A stretch of DNA of 64,000 nucleotides from the human T2T-CHM13v2.0 reference genome, Homo sapiens, in the NCBI RefSeq assembly GCF_009914755.1, contig NC_060926.1, one strand, 5' to 3'. The translations under genes and the position numbers were made by a program. Positions 1 to 16,805 of the stretch are shown here, in pieces; the first letter of the stretch is position 1, and every line of letters starts with the position of its first letter. The notes under the pieces were generated by a model. It made no database searches, was not told the origin of the DNA, and saw only the letters and a program-made list of their open reading frames with translations.

Positions 1-391
1 GCAGAAAATATGACTTTCTGAATCCCTGGTATTTAGCTAAATATCTGGAATATTGTCACTGCAAACAAAATTTTATTGAAGTTGATTAATCAATTGAATT
101 TTGGAAAAGTCCTTACTGTATTTCTATTGGCACATTTTAAAAAGTCTTTTTGGCCTCATACTCATTATATTTTCTACATTCTTTGTTTTCCACTATCAAG
201 ATGAGAAAGATGAAGGAAATATCTAGATAAACACGGGCTACCAGGGCCTATAAATATTCATATAAATTAACACTATCAAGAGTTGTAGAACATTAATATG
301 TCTCTTCAACTGGGGAGAGATTACTTGTCCGAAGGAAGTTGAGTTTTCTGGCTTTTTGTGATTTCACACAAGACTTCCAGCTAAGAGGCTA

Positions 392-851
<460 letters not shown>

Positions 852-1527
852 TTAAAATCAAATCAAATCAAAATTAACTGAAAATAGAGTACATTGCAGC
901 AACAAATGAAGATCCATAATGCACCGGGAATCTCACTACAGAAAAGCTGTGATAAAAAATTATAGAAGTAATGTAACTTCATTTGAAACCACTATTGTCT
1001 AAGAAGAGGGACAGATACAGAATCTGAAATGATGTTTTAATGAAGAATACCTCCTTTTAACTTAAAGCCTTCTGTGATCATTTCTAAACTACTAGTAGGC
1101 AGTTTACACCATTTGTAAAAATTTACAATTTTTTTTTGTTTCCATAGTTATTCTTAAAAAATAATTCTGTTTGGAGGAAGAGAACATGTTTTTAATATAA
1201 TATTAACATTCATCAAAGATGTAAATCTATGACAAAGGAATTAACTTCCAATCAACAATTAACTATTTTAGACTACCTTTTGAATTCTCAGCTACAACGT
1301 AGGGTCAAATTACTTAGTCATCCTTTCCCCAGAGGTATTTACTTAGTTAGCTAGCTGCCCCTTCTGTCAACATATTCGAACATTTTTAAACTTGAATTCT
1401 AAGTCTCTTTAGCAGTATTAATTTAGCAATTATGCCTTATAAATCAGTGTTAAGAAGTCAGATGTCTGCAAAAAAAGCATATTTCTAATTAAACAGAATT
1501 TATAAAACTAAGTCCCTGAAAAAATGA

Positions 1528-1601
1528 ACATACATACATACATATGTGCAAATATGCATGTGTATATACGTTTATATATACACACATATACACATATATA
1601 T
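1528..1601. repeat. Degenerate (CA/TA)n microsatellite
   Basis: catacatacatacatatgtg...tatatatacacacatatacacatatata. Confidence 0.8.
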
Positions 1602-2290
1602 TTAGAGCAGTCCTCCATAAGTGCACAATCCTAATTTCATGTAGGTGTCATTTGTCAATATAAACAATAGTGGTATGGGTCTTTCAAAAGGATGAAACAC
1701 CTATAGAAGTTCTATTCTTTCTAGAAATTGTTGCTTTGCTTCTGGGAAGCATTAAGCTTGGCCCTGAAATCAGGTAGTGTTAAGGGTCATAGCCTTTCAC
1801 TAAACTAACTCAGTTACTTAAACTAATCTCTTTGAGTGGAAATCCTTACACCTGAGATAGGCTTGAGACTATCTGATCACCTTAGCACAGCTCAACACAG
1901 AGAAAATACAGCAGAATCTACTCTTAACTTGTAAGAGCTTTACTAATCAAAAGTGTTCTGAGCTCACAAACCTAGGTCTTCCTGGGTAATTCCACTTCTT
2001 TGTTTCTTAGCTGTAGACTTATTGATGTTTCAAGTCACTTGAGCACAGGTTTCCCTCCCTGTGCTTTAAGCTCAGTGTTGATGACAGATACACTTACTAT
2101 AACATTGCAATTACACCTCTTCTCCATACCTTTGTTTTGGAATTCTGCATGCTGAAATTCCACTCTATAGTATGATTTTATATTTTAATGAAATTTTTAA
2201 AATGAGGCTATGACAAGATTAATTAAGTAAAATTAAAAACAACAATAAAGAGCTGCAAATTCATTTTTCTTCTTCAGTAGCTTTACTAAA

Positions 2291-2446
2291 TTCCTTCCTT
2301 CCTTCCTTCCTTCCTTCCTTCCTTCCTTCCTTCCTTCCTTTCCTTCCTTCCTCCCTCCCTCCCTTCCTTTCCTCCCTCCCTTCCTTTCCTCCGTCCCTTC
2401 CTTTCCTCTCTCCCTTCCTTTCCTCCTTTCTTCTTTTCCTTTTTCC
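2291..2446. repeat. (TTCC)12 followed by a degenerate polypyrimidine tract
   Basis: Perfect TTCC x12 at 2291-2338, then C/T only apart from one G to 2446. Explains ORFs 2233..2448 and 2286..2477. Confidence 0.97.
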
Positions 2447-3384
2447 ATAGTAGTAGCTGGAATAGGATTTTTAACAAAATAACAGCACAGATAAATTTTT
2501 CCTTTCTGGAAAATAAAAAAAAAATGGAGTTCTGTAAAACCTCTAGGTTAATTTCTTTTTAGAAAATTTGGAATACATATAAGATTAAGTAAGAAGTTTA
2601 AAGAATTACTAATTTTCCCATGGTGAATCATTACAGAAAATAAAGGCTACCATTTAGCTTGGTCCATTTTGAGAATGCCTCTAAGTTCTAAATCACCCCC
2701 AGGATTTTTTTAGCACTTTTCATAAGAGTTTCGTTTTATGGATAGAAATATAAAAGTAAAAAACCAGCTACATAAATTTTTAATTAACAGAAGTTATCAT
2801 CTAAATTAAATACATTAGAATTATTGACAATAGATTATGAGTGGATTAAGAAAAAATGCAATTGCATATATTAGGAAAGTTATTTTCCAACTGGAAAGTA
2901 AAGTAAAATAATCAAATGTAATTTAAAAGTCTGAATATGCATTATTTTAAGGAGTTGGTTGATATATAAGGGGATCTTTTTCTTTTTTAGTTTCCTGATC
3001 AAATATGCCAATTAATTATGTCATATACTAAGAATCATACAGGAAAATGTTCAGAATAGAAAAACAAAATATGAGAAAAGATGAGTATGTGTGTATGTAT
3101 TTGTATGTTTTGGGGGTGAGCTTTTCATATGTCAGAGTTTTTTTTCTCCAGTCAGTTTTAGTAAAATCTTCACACATGTTATTCTCTTAGATTTAAAAGG
3201 ACTTCAGAATGTTTGCTAGAAAACAATTACATAGATTGAATAGTCACTTTTGCTAGTGATATAAAAGGTAGAATTCCTCTTTTCACTGACCTCTGAACTT
3301 TCTATATTCTTTTAACAGGATAAGGGCAGTTGCTGCCACAGAGACTGTCATTCCCATGGACATTTAAATATATTAGCACTTGGG

Positions 3385-3673
<289 letters not shown>

Positions 3674-3758
3674 TTACCACTTGGCACTACAAATGTAATC
3701 TAACAGGGATGTGAATAAAAACAAGGCTTCTCTTGCTTATACCCACTTTAAATGTTAA

Positions 3759-4521
3759 TAATACTGACAGGAGGGAGGGAAATCCTGGGTAGAAGAGAGC
3801 AGTTCCCCAGCAAAGGCCCCATCCTCAAGCCTGGAAACCCACGGCCCTAAATGGGTACAGGCATTCCTGTCTTCACACCCAGATGTTGACCTTTGGCCTG
3901 CCACACCCCCCTATCCTGTACCCATATAAACCCCAAACCTCGGGCTCCACAAAGAGAAGAATAAAAATGCAGAAAAGCAGCAGAACAACAGAGTGGTGAG
4001 GCAGAGAAGGAGAGAAGCGATGGAGCATCTGAATGTCGAGAGAAGTTCGGTTGGGGATGGTCAGCTCAGCCGCAGGACAGCCGAACTCCAAGGGAAGATC
4101 ATCTCCCCACACCATCCCCTTTCCAGCTTCTCATCCATTCCATTGAGAACCACCTCCATCCAACAATAAAATCTCCTTCATTTACCATCCTTCAATTTCC
4201 CTGTGTGACCTGATTCTTCCTGGACACCAGACAAGAACCTGGGTACTAAGAGGGCACCCAGCTGGTTAACACTTAAGCCATCTGCAGATGGCAGAGCTAA
4301 AAGAGCACTATAACATGCCAACTGGGGCTTTGGGAGTTGCAGGCACCGAACCGTAGATGCTACCTTGGGGCCAGAGCCCAAAAGTGCTGGCCCCAGCTCC
4401 TGCACCTGCCTGTCTGCGTGCTCCCCTTCCTGGAAGGGGTTTGAGCCCATGGCGGCCCAACAGATGAGCCACAACTCTGTCGCACATTCTGGGAGGGGAG
4501 TCAGGGAACTCTCCTGTTTCA
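3759..4521 (+). mobile_element. ERV1 solo LTR, LTR1-family-like
   Basis: GC-richer 763-bp island. Starts TAATACTGACAGGAGGGAGGGAAATCCTGGGTAGAAGAG, ends GGGAACTCTCCTGTTTCA, with a 4-bp TTAA TSD on both sides. TATAAA near 3926 and AATAAA near 4165. Family from recalled consensus. Confidence 0.85.
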
Positions 4522-5127
4522 TTAACATAATAAATTATCTTAAGAATGTCAAATTTTAAAACAGCATTTTGATACATCTTAGTCCATCTTGTTTCTATTT
4601 GTCAAAGTTTTTCACTTCTTCCATCATTCTTTATATGGTTGTGTGCATTTCTGTGGAAATTTTCTGGATTGAGAGGCCTTGTATTTTACAGGATGCATTT
4701 TCATTGCTCATGCAATTAGACAAGGTGATATTACCACCAATATGAAGTACTGTGTAGAAAGAGATTAACTTTTCAAAAATATGTGATTTTGAAAGTTTTT
4801 ACTGTAAAACTTTTATAAACATATTTCTACATGCAAGTACCCCCATATACAAAAATCCATTATTCTTTCTTCAGATGGAGTCCAATTATGGAGATGAAAA
4901 TATCAGTGTTATAGAAAATCATTAATAATAGATATCTTTTCATTATCTTAACTAGAAAGATATTGACTTTTCTAGGAAATATTCACAAAGCAATTCAGTT
5001 GATACAAAAACATTCCCAGGACCAGAACATCACCCCCAAAATTTTAATTTTTTCCCTTATTAGTTTTATAAAGGATATAAATATACCACCAAATATATTT
5101 TGGATCCTCTTCTGAAAAAAAGAAAAC

Positions 5128-5479
<352 letters not shown>

Positions 5480-6844
5480 TCATATCTTAGGCTTTAGGTA
5501 TAATTACTTAAATTATAGTCTATGCTTAGAATGCAACAAAAAGGATGCAATGTAAAAATAACCGAGTTAGACAGAATTGTTCTGAAAAAAAAAAAAAAAA
5601 AGAAAGAATTTCCAAAAAGAAAGGTAACGTTTGAATTAGTCTGGTTTCTTGATTTATTTTCTGTCTATAGTGGATAAGAAAGTTCCTTACAGACTTGATG
5701 GGGCTGGTTCCTAATTAACTCTCCAGGAAACAATGTTTCATCAGGTGTGACCACAAATTAGGAGGAAGGCTGAGGGTGAGAAAGTAGACTGAGTTCCTAC
5801 AATGTACCTTTGCTTATAGGGAGTCACCTTTTCACATTTAAACACAAACTATATAAACGTTGCAAATCTAATGTTGCCCAGTGATTTGGTTTTTGTCCAT
5901 GTGGTGAGGAAACTTTACAAGACCAAGCAGGTAAACTCATTTCTGAGTTTATTTTCTCAATGCAGAAAGATTTTTTTAAATCATTGATTCTAGGATGACT
6001 ATATCTCTTTAGTCACCTTGTTCTTACAATGCTATGTAGTGTGCAAGGCCAGAAAAGAAGGTGAAAAACCCTCCACTGAGGTTAAATAGCAAGTAGAAAT
6101 CCAAATATATTTATTATTTCTAAGTCTACCATAGGTCATAATGAATGGTTGCTTAGGTCTTTTAAAACACTTTATTTGGTTAAATGTAAAAATATTTAAA
6201 AGTCCAAAATGGTACAATCAACCTCCCACTGCAAACTAAACCTCCTACTGGCAAAAAAAAAAAGTTGTCACATGTGATAAAAGAAAGAAAACTTGAAACA
6301 CTTAAATAACTGAATTAGAACAGAAAAAAAAGAATGGAGCATAAACAACTACATACTCGAAATTTGTCCTAATCCAATATATATGTCAATCTTTTCAAGG
6401 ATCAAAATAAAATTAAAAGCATTTTATTTTTGTTCAAATACTTTGTTTTTATTTGAATCCCCTGTTATGCTATTAACATATGCCCTCATATATTAGATCA
6501 AAAATCTAAATGTTATCAGAAAACTCAGATATATTTTCATACGATCCTTGGCACAGAAGTATGTTTATGATATTCAAATGTGTGTAATCACCTCTGATGA
6601 AATATTTGGAAAGGTGATGGTTTTGTTCTTTTAAAAGCTTAGTCATACATATCTATCTGAAAATTCAAAAACAATATAACAAAAAGCCTGAATTATAACT
6701 GAGTTGAATAAAATTAGGATCTAGAAAATATAATATCCAAAAAGAAAATTAAACTCTTTAATGCCTATCATTTAAAAATCCTTCTTTCCTTCTTTCCCTC
6801 CCTCCCTTCCTCCCTCCCTCCCTCTCTCTCTCTCTCATTCTCTC

Positions 6845-7136
<292 letters not shown>

Positions 7137-8451
7137 TACTTTCTTTTCATATCACTTATTCATATACAATTACATAAAAGATGTCACAAAGCCTTTACAT
7201 AAAAATAAAATCTCTTATTCATTATTATTACATATGTATTCATACCTGCAACTATGAATCTGCTGATTTTTTATGTAATTTTAATGCTAAGAAAGGAAAC
7301 TCAGGCCAAAGAAGAAAGCTTCTGAAGATCTTTAAATTCCCAGTCAGAATTTATCCACAGAGTCAGCGTAATTGGACCTTCCTTTAGAAAGAGGGAAAAG
7401 ACCTAGTGACCAGTTGATTTCCACAGCCTACCTGTAGTCTCTCAACACTCTTACATCTTCAGGTTATTGTTCTAAGATTTATGCTTTTTCTAATATATTT
7501 CTCCATTTATGGTCTTGAATTCAGCTTACTTCACCCCAGACCTGGAAAACTGTCAGCCAACAAGACTTGTCAGGCCCCCAGACAGGTTTTGTTTGGGCAT
7601 ATTATTGACTATACAATGTTTTAAAAAATAGCATCTGACTTTGAGCACTTTAAACGTATACATATTTGGAGCTCCTCCTGAACAACTGGAATTTCTGGTG
7701 ACCTGGGACCTCTTCCCCCATGACAGCAATTAGTTTGTGTGAAGCTACCCAGAAATCAGATACGTTATCTCCAGTTTCCTCTCCTTTCTTCTATTCTTTG
7801 TTGTCTTACTGACCCCCAAACGAAGGACAGGTTCTTATTGAAATCTTAGCTTCAATATCCTTTGTGTTACACTCAGTCTACGAGAATCTGAGTTAAAGAC
7901 TTCCAGTACAGTTGTTTCTTTCCCAGCTCCATCCTGCAGCCTGATTCACTTGACTGATACCTTGATTCTGCTTCCAAATCTGGGTCCTTACCTGGATCCT
8001 TGACTGTTTTCTTCTGCTCTTATTTCTCTTCATCTCATGTTTCATTCTCCCCACTCCACCCCGCACTAGAAAGTGCCACTAGCATTTAACTTTTTATTAA
8101 TTTTTAGATTTTAATTATTATCCCTCATATTATTAATATCTAGGTAATATTGTACCATTGTAGAATTTAGATGTTGATTTTTAAAAAGACAAAATTACAA
8201 GAAAGTTAACAGTCTAATATCATGGAAAGATTATGAAGGAAAAATTTTCCTTCATACTTCTTACTGAAATACTTGTTTGACGAAGCATTCCTTCAAATTC
8301 TTTGTTTAAGCAGAGGTTCAGAGAAACAAGCTTATAACACGATGTGATATCAATCTGCTGTGACAAAGACTTCTCATTTGTCTTTTGCTCAAAAGTACTT
8401 TTTTATATGAAACATATAATTGTTTAAGAGCCCAACTTCAAAGTCTAAATT

Positions 8452-8471
8452 TGTGTGTGTGTGTGTGTGTG
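8452..8471. repeat. (TG)10 microsatellite
   Basis: Read directly from the sequence. Confidence 0.95.
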
Positions 8472-8673
8472 TTGTCTAATGGTGTTTTTTTGCTCAAACA
8501 TAATACTTGCAGCTTTGAAATGCATATTAAAATGTCTGGCAGTAAAATTCATGCTTTCTTAATAACTGATATGCTTGTAGTTGAAAGAAAAGGCAGGTTA
8601 TAGGTTTTCTTTGAACTTTCATTACTATGTAAAATTTAATATTTCAGTTGCATTGTTCCACAAATGGACTCAC

Positions 8674-8811
8674 CCTGACAATGTACTCCTTCGTCATACC
8701 CATCTGGGCAGTCCAAGACACCATTGCACAGCTGGGATAAATGAACACATTTGTTGGTACCAAGGCAAGCAATGTGATTCAAGGGGCACTTGATTTCTAC
8801 CTCCTCGGGAC
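8674..8811 (-). CDS. LRP1B: LRP1B internal coding exon (exon 3), encoding LDL-receptor class A repeat 2
   Basis: Minus strand reads acceptor tgttcttttttacatcttttcag|GTCCCGAGG...CATTGTCAGG|gtgagtcc donor. 138 nt, phase 1-1, no stops. Translation (C)[45 protein letters not shown](E) has the six-Cys LDLa spacing and the DCxDGxDE motif, and matches the LRP1B N-terminal region as I recall it. The exon number is from memory of the gene structure. Confidence 0.96.
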
Positions 8812-9089
8812 CTGAAAAGATGTAAAAAAGAACAGAATTATGTGTTAGCTTTTCTAAATGGTAAAACTGTTAAGCACAAGAAATTACTAGCATTGTTTCA
8901 CAAAACAAAACTATAGAAAATACTGTAAGAGTGCTGCTCTTGTTCTCAGAGACATTGAAGTTAGCCTATGTGATTAAACACCTAATTTTTAAAGCTGCAT
9001 AGGAAAGGAAATATGTATTTTTTCAAATAACGCATTAAAAACATAAATATTCTTTTCAACCATTAAAATAGTATGGATTTAAAATCTGA

Positions 9090-10165
9090 GGGTTGATTGA
9101 GTCATTGTTTCATCTCATATCCCTAGATAAGTTGGGCAGGGTACTTAAACTCCTTGAATCTCAATTTCCTCAGCTGTAAACTATGGATAATGGTTCTCCG
9201 CAGATCTCTTGTTAGAATTACATCAGGTAACAGGAACAAAAATGTTTCAGTGGCATTTACTTGAAGTTATGTCAATCTAAAGGTTATATTTAGTCTGTTC
9301 TTTAAGAATATGAAGAACATTTAGTTATAAATGTATTTATGTATGACTTCTATTGTTTAAAAATCTTTTACTGAGCAACTACAATAGAATAAAATTTGCT
9401 AAAGAACAGGAAGTGAAAGAAAGGGCATACTCATTGTTTTTACACACCAGTGATAACTACTTTGTATAATCACCATTTGTGTTTTTAAGATAAGCTTAAA
9501 TCAGAACACAGGGTCTTTTCTCAAAGTTTACCCATTCCAAATCTTTATCAAGCATCCAAATTGCATGTTATTTTATCTGAATTTCAGGCTGTCAATTCCC
9601 AAATCCTATCTACACTTCTACAAGCACTTTCCAAATCCCCATATGATTCTTAGTCTTATCCAGCTCTTCCAAATCTAAAATGTAGTAATTCCAATATGAC
9701 TACTATCATGTATTAATCTGACATAGATTATTGCAACAGCCTTGATTCTATAGTCCGACACACTTAGGTTTTAATCAGAACTCTGCCGAATCCATGCGAC
9801 ATTAATTGATTTAATCAAATAATTATTAGTTTTCTCATGTATAAAATGAAACTATCAAATAAGCCTACCTCGTAGGGTTGTTGTGAATGTCAACAGTTAT
9901 TGACTACAAAGCGCTGAGCACTGCGATGTAGGCTGAGTAGGAATTCAACATGCATTAGTTACATAAATAAATGTAGCATAGCAGAGTGCTTAACAGACTG
10001 CAGAGCCAGATTCCTGGGTCCAAATGCTGGCCCCAGTATTCATAAGCTGAGTGGCTTGAGCAAGCTATATATCAAGTCTCTATTTCACAGGGTTGTGGTG
10101 AGGATTCTATCAAAAGCTCTTAGAATACTGTCTGGCAGACACTTAATAAATGTTTGGTGTTATCA
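9090..10165 (+). mobile_element. Cluster of degraded MIR fragments (~9090-9240, ~9750-9960, ~9975-10165)
   Basis: MIR core-like motifs: gggcagggtacttaaactccttgaatctcaatttcctcagctgtaaa; cctacctcgtagggttgttgtga; tcacagggttgtggtgaggatt. Boundaries approximate. Confidence 0.7.
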
Positions 10166-11219
10166 TAGTTAAGTAAAAAATGTTCTCAGAAGGTAAGTTG
10201 CTTTTTGGTAAATACTTGTATCTCAAACTGTCTTTTCTGTTGTAAACCCCTTTCCTCCTCCTGAAAAAGAAAGCTCAAAAATTTCATGTTTTACCTTCCC
10301 TACTTAGCTGAGGTAAAATAATAATAATAATTAAAAGGCCAATCTAACATATTTTAGGATATGCAAAATTGTGAGAATTGCAGAAGTTTGCAATGTGATA
10401 AAATTAGAAAACAAACAAAAGAAAACAAAAATATCATACAAGGAAAAAAACGAACTAGAGTTGCCAAAAGTTAAATATAATTTTGAAATACTTTATCAAA
10501 TAGGAATTATAGGTGTAAATTATTTTGTTGGATGCTAAAACAGCTTTCTCTCAATGTTTTGTGTTTTGGGGGATATAAACAAATTTTTATGCTGTAGCTT
10601 CACTAGCTGAATTGTTTAACAGATTTCTCTGTAAATTTCATGTGTATTTATATAATTACTACTGTACAAGGCTATTAAATGTCAAACACCTGTCACCCCA
10701 AATGCACAACTCATTTTCTGTAACATGCTTCTGTAACTTGAGTATCAATATTTCTAAAAATATATCTTTATTTCCATATATATATGTGTGTGTGCATATA
10801 TATTAATAATTTGTATAAATATACAAGTTTGAATACAAATTACAGGAGTAAAAGTAAGTGAAAGGGTTTTCACTGAGTGCCTCTAACTATTTAATCTTAT
10901 GTTTATAATATTAACATAAATTCATTTAAAAATGAAATTTAAAGACACATACATTAATATTAAAAAGCTATAAACTTCTATGACCAACATCATAAAGTAG
11001 CTTTTTAAAATTACTTGGCTGATTCACAAAAATTTAAAAACATGCATCCTTGCATAAATGTCCAAGAAATGTTTAGGCCAGTTATATTTAGACCTTTCTG
11101 TAAAAGTTCTAAAAGTTACCCTCAGAGAAAACACTTCATAAACCTGAGAAACTTCAGAAATGTTATAGTCAGAAAACAAAAAAATGACTCAGCAGTTCTC
11201 ACAAGCAGCAAGATTTTTT

Positions 11220-13212
<1,993 letters not shown>

Positions 13213-16074
13213 TCAAAGTATGATTTTTCACTGTTAAGATTGCCAGGTAACTGAGGAACATGATAGCAGGAGTAAAATACCCACCTGGTGGCCAGAAGAG
13301 AGGTTCAGCTACTTATAAATTTTGAGAAAACAGAAAAATATGTGTTTATTTTGCAAAGACAACGTATAGAATTATTAGATTATTCCTAGTGGTAAAGTTT
13401 AGGGACAAGAGAGAAATTAGTCTGGGAGAACTAAAGAGTTAGTTGGTTTCTTTAGACTAGCCACTACAGTCTTTATCATCTTTGATATACTCTTGTCTTG
13501 GTTGCCAGGACTACTGGGTAACTCATGAGACAGCTGGATCATGGCTGGATGAACTGTACCATAACCAGTCCTTCCCAAATTTTCATATCAATATACATTA
13601 AGACAATTATAATATTTGCAAGCTACACTGGAGTAAATAGCAAATAATATTTTTAGAGGTGGCCCCAGGCCCCGGTAATTAGCCTCACAGTTGAGGGAAT
13701 AAATATTTCAGACCTCTTTGACCAGTGCTAGGATATTTCAGTTGGAAAACTGCTTAAATCAGTATTTTGTTGTTCTTTCTGGAAAATGGGGAGGCAGACA
13801 GGGCAGTTTGAGAAATAGCAATGCCTGCCTCAGACAAAATTCTCTCAAAAGCCAGGCAATATAGATATTTCATATACTGTTGCTTTGGGGATTACTCTAT
13901 CCTAATTCCCAATGATCATTTGTGCAGTGAAAATATTTGTATCCCATGAAGCTCCTTACAGATTCTGTCCATCCTGTAAATGGACAGAAGAGCCACTCTG
14001 ATTACTGCTTCTACCCATCCACCAGGGTGAGAAGCATGGGATAATGGGGGCTTCATGAATTCCTGAGAATATGGCAATGTTGCCTTAAATTAAATGATTA
14101 ATCTCATGAAGACTTTCAGGCATTTGAACATTTCACAGCCAGAGATTATAAATGAGGCACAAAAAGGAACATGGTTGGAGGCTCTCTGGTAAACCTGGCA
14201 TTACCTCTGTAGTGACTGAATCATGAGGAGTTGGGAGGGACCTGGGACAGGGGCGAGGTGACCAGGTAGTGTAGGACAAATTTCAAAATTGTACCAAGAC
14301 ACTAAACATTTTTAGCAAGTATGGTAGTCCTCATGAGAATGTCACCTCACCTTTCAGCAATGTGCACATTCAGAAAACATTTCCAGTCCTTTAAATCTAA
14401 ATGTAGGTGACCTAAGCAAGATAGCAAAATTGAAAATGTAATAACTTAAAAAGAAAAACTCCATCATTGGGTGACCCAAATTATATCAACACATGAGGCT
14501 AGTATTTATACTTTTAAATTATGTATAAGTCTTGACCAATTAGTCAAAATAGATTTCACTTCTTACACTAAATCTTATTTTACAAATAATGCTCCCAGGA
14601 TAATGCAAGGATAATGGGATTCATCTGTATACTTCTGAATGTTTAAATTATTTTTAAGTATAGAGTAAATATCTTACTGTGTACATTAATAGGGGATAAT
14701 AAAGGACATAAGTTCCATCAAATATCTCTTCTGATTAAAGAAAATTGAGATAGCATGTTTTGTGGAGAGGGAAATTTTTCTTCTACTCTAATGGCAGACA
14801 CAGGCAAATAACTGCACTTGTCACAACATCGTCATATCTTAGCGGAAACAGCATGACTTCTCCTTCCCCGCAGCTAACCTCTCTACCTTACACGGTATTA
14901 TATCCCACCTTTTGGGTCTTGTCCTATCTAGAATTGCCTCTTGGTTTTATTTCCCATCTATTTTCCCAATATTTCAAAGTCCTGTACCTGCAACCTCACT
15001 CAATTTTCTGAACTTATGCCCAAGAATAAAGTTGCTTTTGCTCTTTAAACTTTCCTTCAAGCAGTATCCCTTTTTGCCTACCGAAAAAAATTTACTGTTA
15101 AACTTCTTCAAAACATAGACTGCACCTGCTGCATGCCTATTCCCATGTCACACTAGCCTCTGCTTCTAACTTTCTGCCGAACTTCTCTCCAGGGCCTCTG
15201 TGGTCCCGGCCACAGTGAAGCCAGAGACATGCGAAGTCCTCCAAAGACTGATCAGAATACCTCTCTCTTAGAACACTTTCCACCATTCTTTCTCAGGCCT
15301 CTTATATTCTATTCACACCATTATTTTTGTTATTCCTCACAGCGTTCCATGGACATGCTTGGACACATTTCACACATGCTTTTTCATAAAATCCCCTCCA
15401 CCTTTTGCCTGGGAAACACATGATTATCCTTTAACTATATACTGTCATTTCTTTTCCTGCAACTTTTCTGACTTCTCCAAATTCTGTGGCAGATTATAAA
15501 TTTGCTCATGATTATTGTTTCTAAGTATTTTTCTTCAAAATAAGACTATGAGATATCTGATGTCATTGATTATTTCTCATCCATCTCACCAATGCAAACA
15601 CCTGGCAGGTTTCTTGACACTGAATTGGTGCTTGGCATACCATTGTTGAAGGAATACACACTGCATTTTAACTCCTGGCTAATTTCTACTTCCTCTGACA
15701 TGTTAGAAGTTACTCTTTTCCACCATTAATGCATTCTTTGAACAGATTCTACAAATGCTACTTTCATCTCACGAATACTCTCAAAATTATAATGGTTCTC
15801 AATTGCTGGTTACAACAAAACCAAACTCCTTAGCCTGATCCCATCATCTAATTGAAGCTTCATTAACATTATTTACAATCAATTTTAAGTATTTATACAC
15901 TACTTCATTCACTGTCATCTTTCACCCTCCCAAAATACACCAAATATATTCCCACTCCTGGATCTTTCTTTATGCAATACCATCATCTAGACAGGAAACC
16001 TCTTTTTTATTTGCCTAAGAAAATCCTTCAAGGTTAGGCTCAAACCCTAGTCTCTCCATAAAGTTTTCTTTGTG

Positions 16075-16290
16075 AAAAACAGCATAATACAGTGAAAAGC
16101 ATGTTAAGGTTTAGAGATCAAAGACTTGAATCTGAGTTTCAACAGCCATTTGCTTGTCTAAACTCGCATAAAGTACTTAACCTCACCAAGACTCTTCTTT
16201 CACATTTGAAAAATAGGGATTAATAATACTTTCTGCCTGACACTATTGTGATAGGAACAAATAAAATCATGGTTGGGACACACTAGGCAA
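16075..16290 (+). mobile_element. MIR
   Basis: agcataatacagtgaaaagc...gacttgaatctgagtttc...cacatttgaaaatagggattaataatac. Confidence 0.7.
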
Positions 16291-16805
16291 AGGGGAGTTT
16301 TTTGTGGATGTCATTGCTCTCATTTTGTTCAATGAACTTGTGCAGACATTGTCTATATCACACTTTTTTTGGTACAGGCCTCATTGTATAGTTTATGAAA
16401 TGTATCATATATGCATGGTTGCATATATCTCTTGAGGCCCAAGGACTTACATTTATTTGTTTTTTTCCCACTCTATTTTACAATATTGGGTAGCATAATG
16501 TAGCAATAAAAACATATTGATTCCTAGTTGATATAAAATCAAGTAAAAAATACTTTGCTATGTAAAGCTATCACCAAATTTGATATGTAAAGCATAAGAT
16601 GTCCGTGAAATTCAGAAAATTAAAATTATGCAGTTTTGCACTTCCTCTGATTATTGCTACCTAGTTACTTTAAAAACAGAGTTTTGATTGTATTTTTTAA
16701 ATTACTTGAAAATTTTAGTAAAGCCTGCTACTAACTCCAAAACACTGAGGGGTATGAGGATTACTTCTACTGAAGTAATTGATTACTTCTTTTGGCACGA
16801 AAACA

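Noticed and set aside
7538-7906. Possible old hAT-Charlie relic (similar impression at ~21690-22060)
   Set aside because: The resemblance is too weak to name or bound without a profile search.
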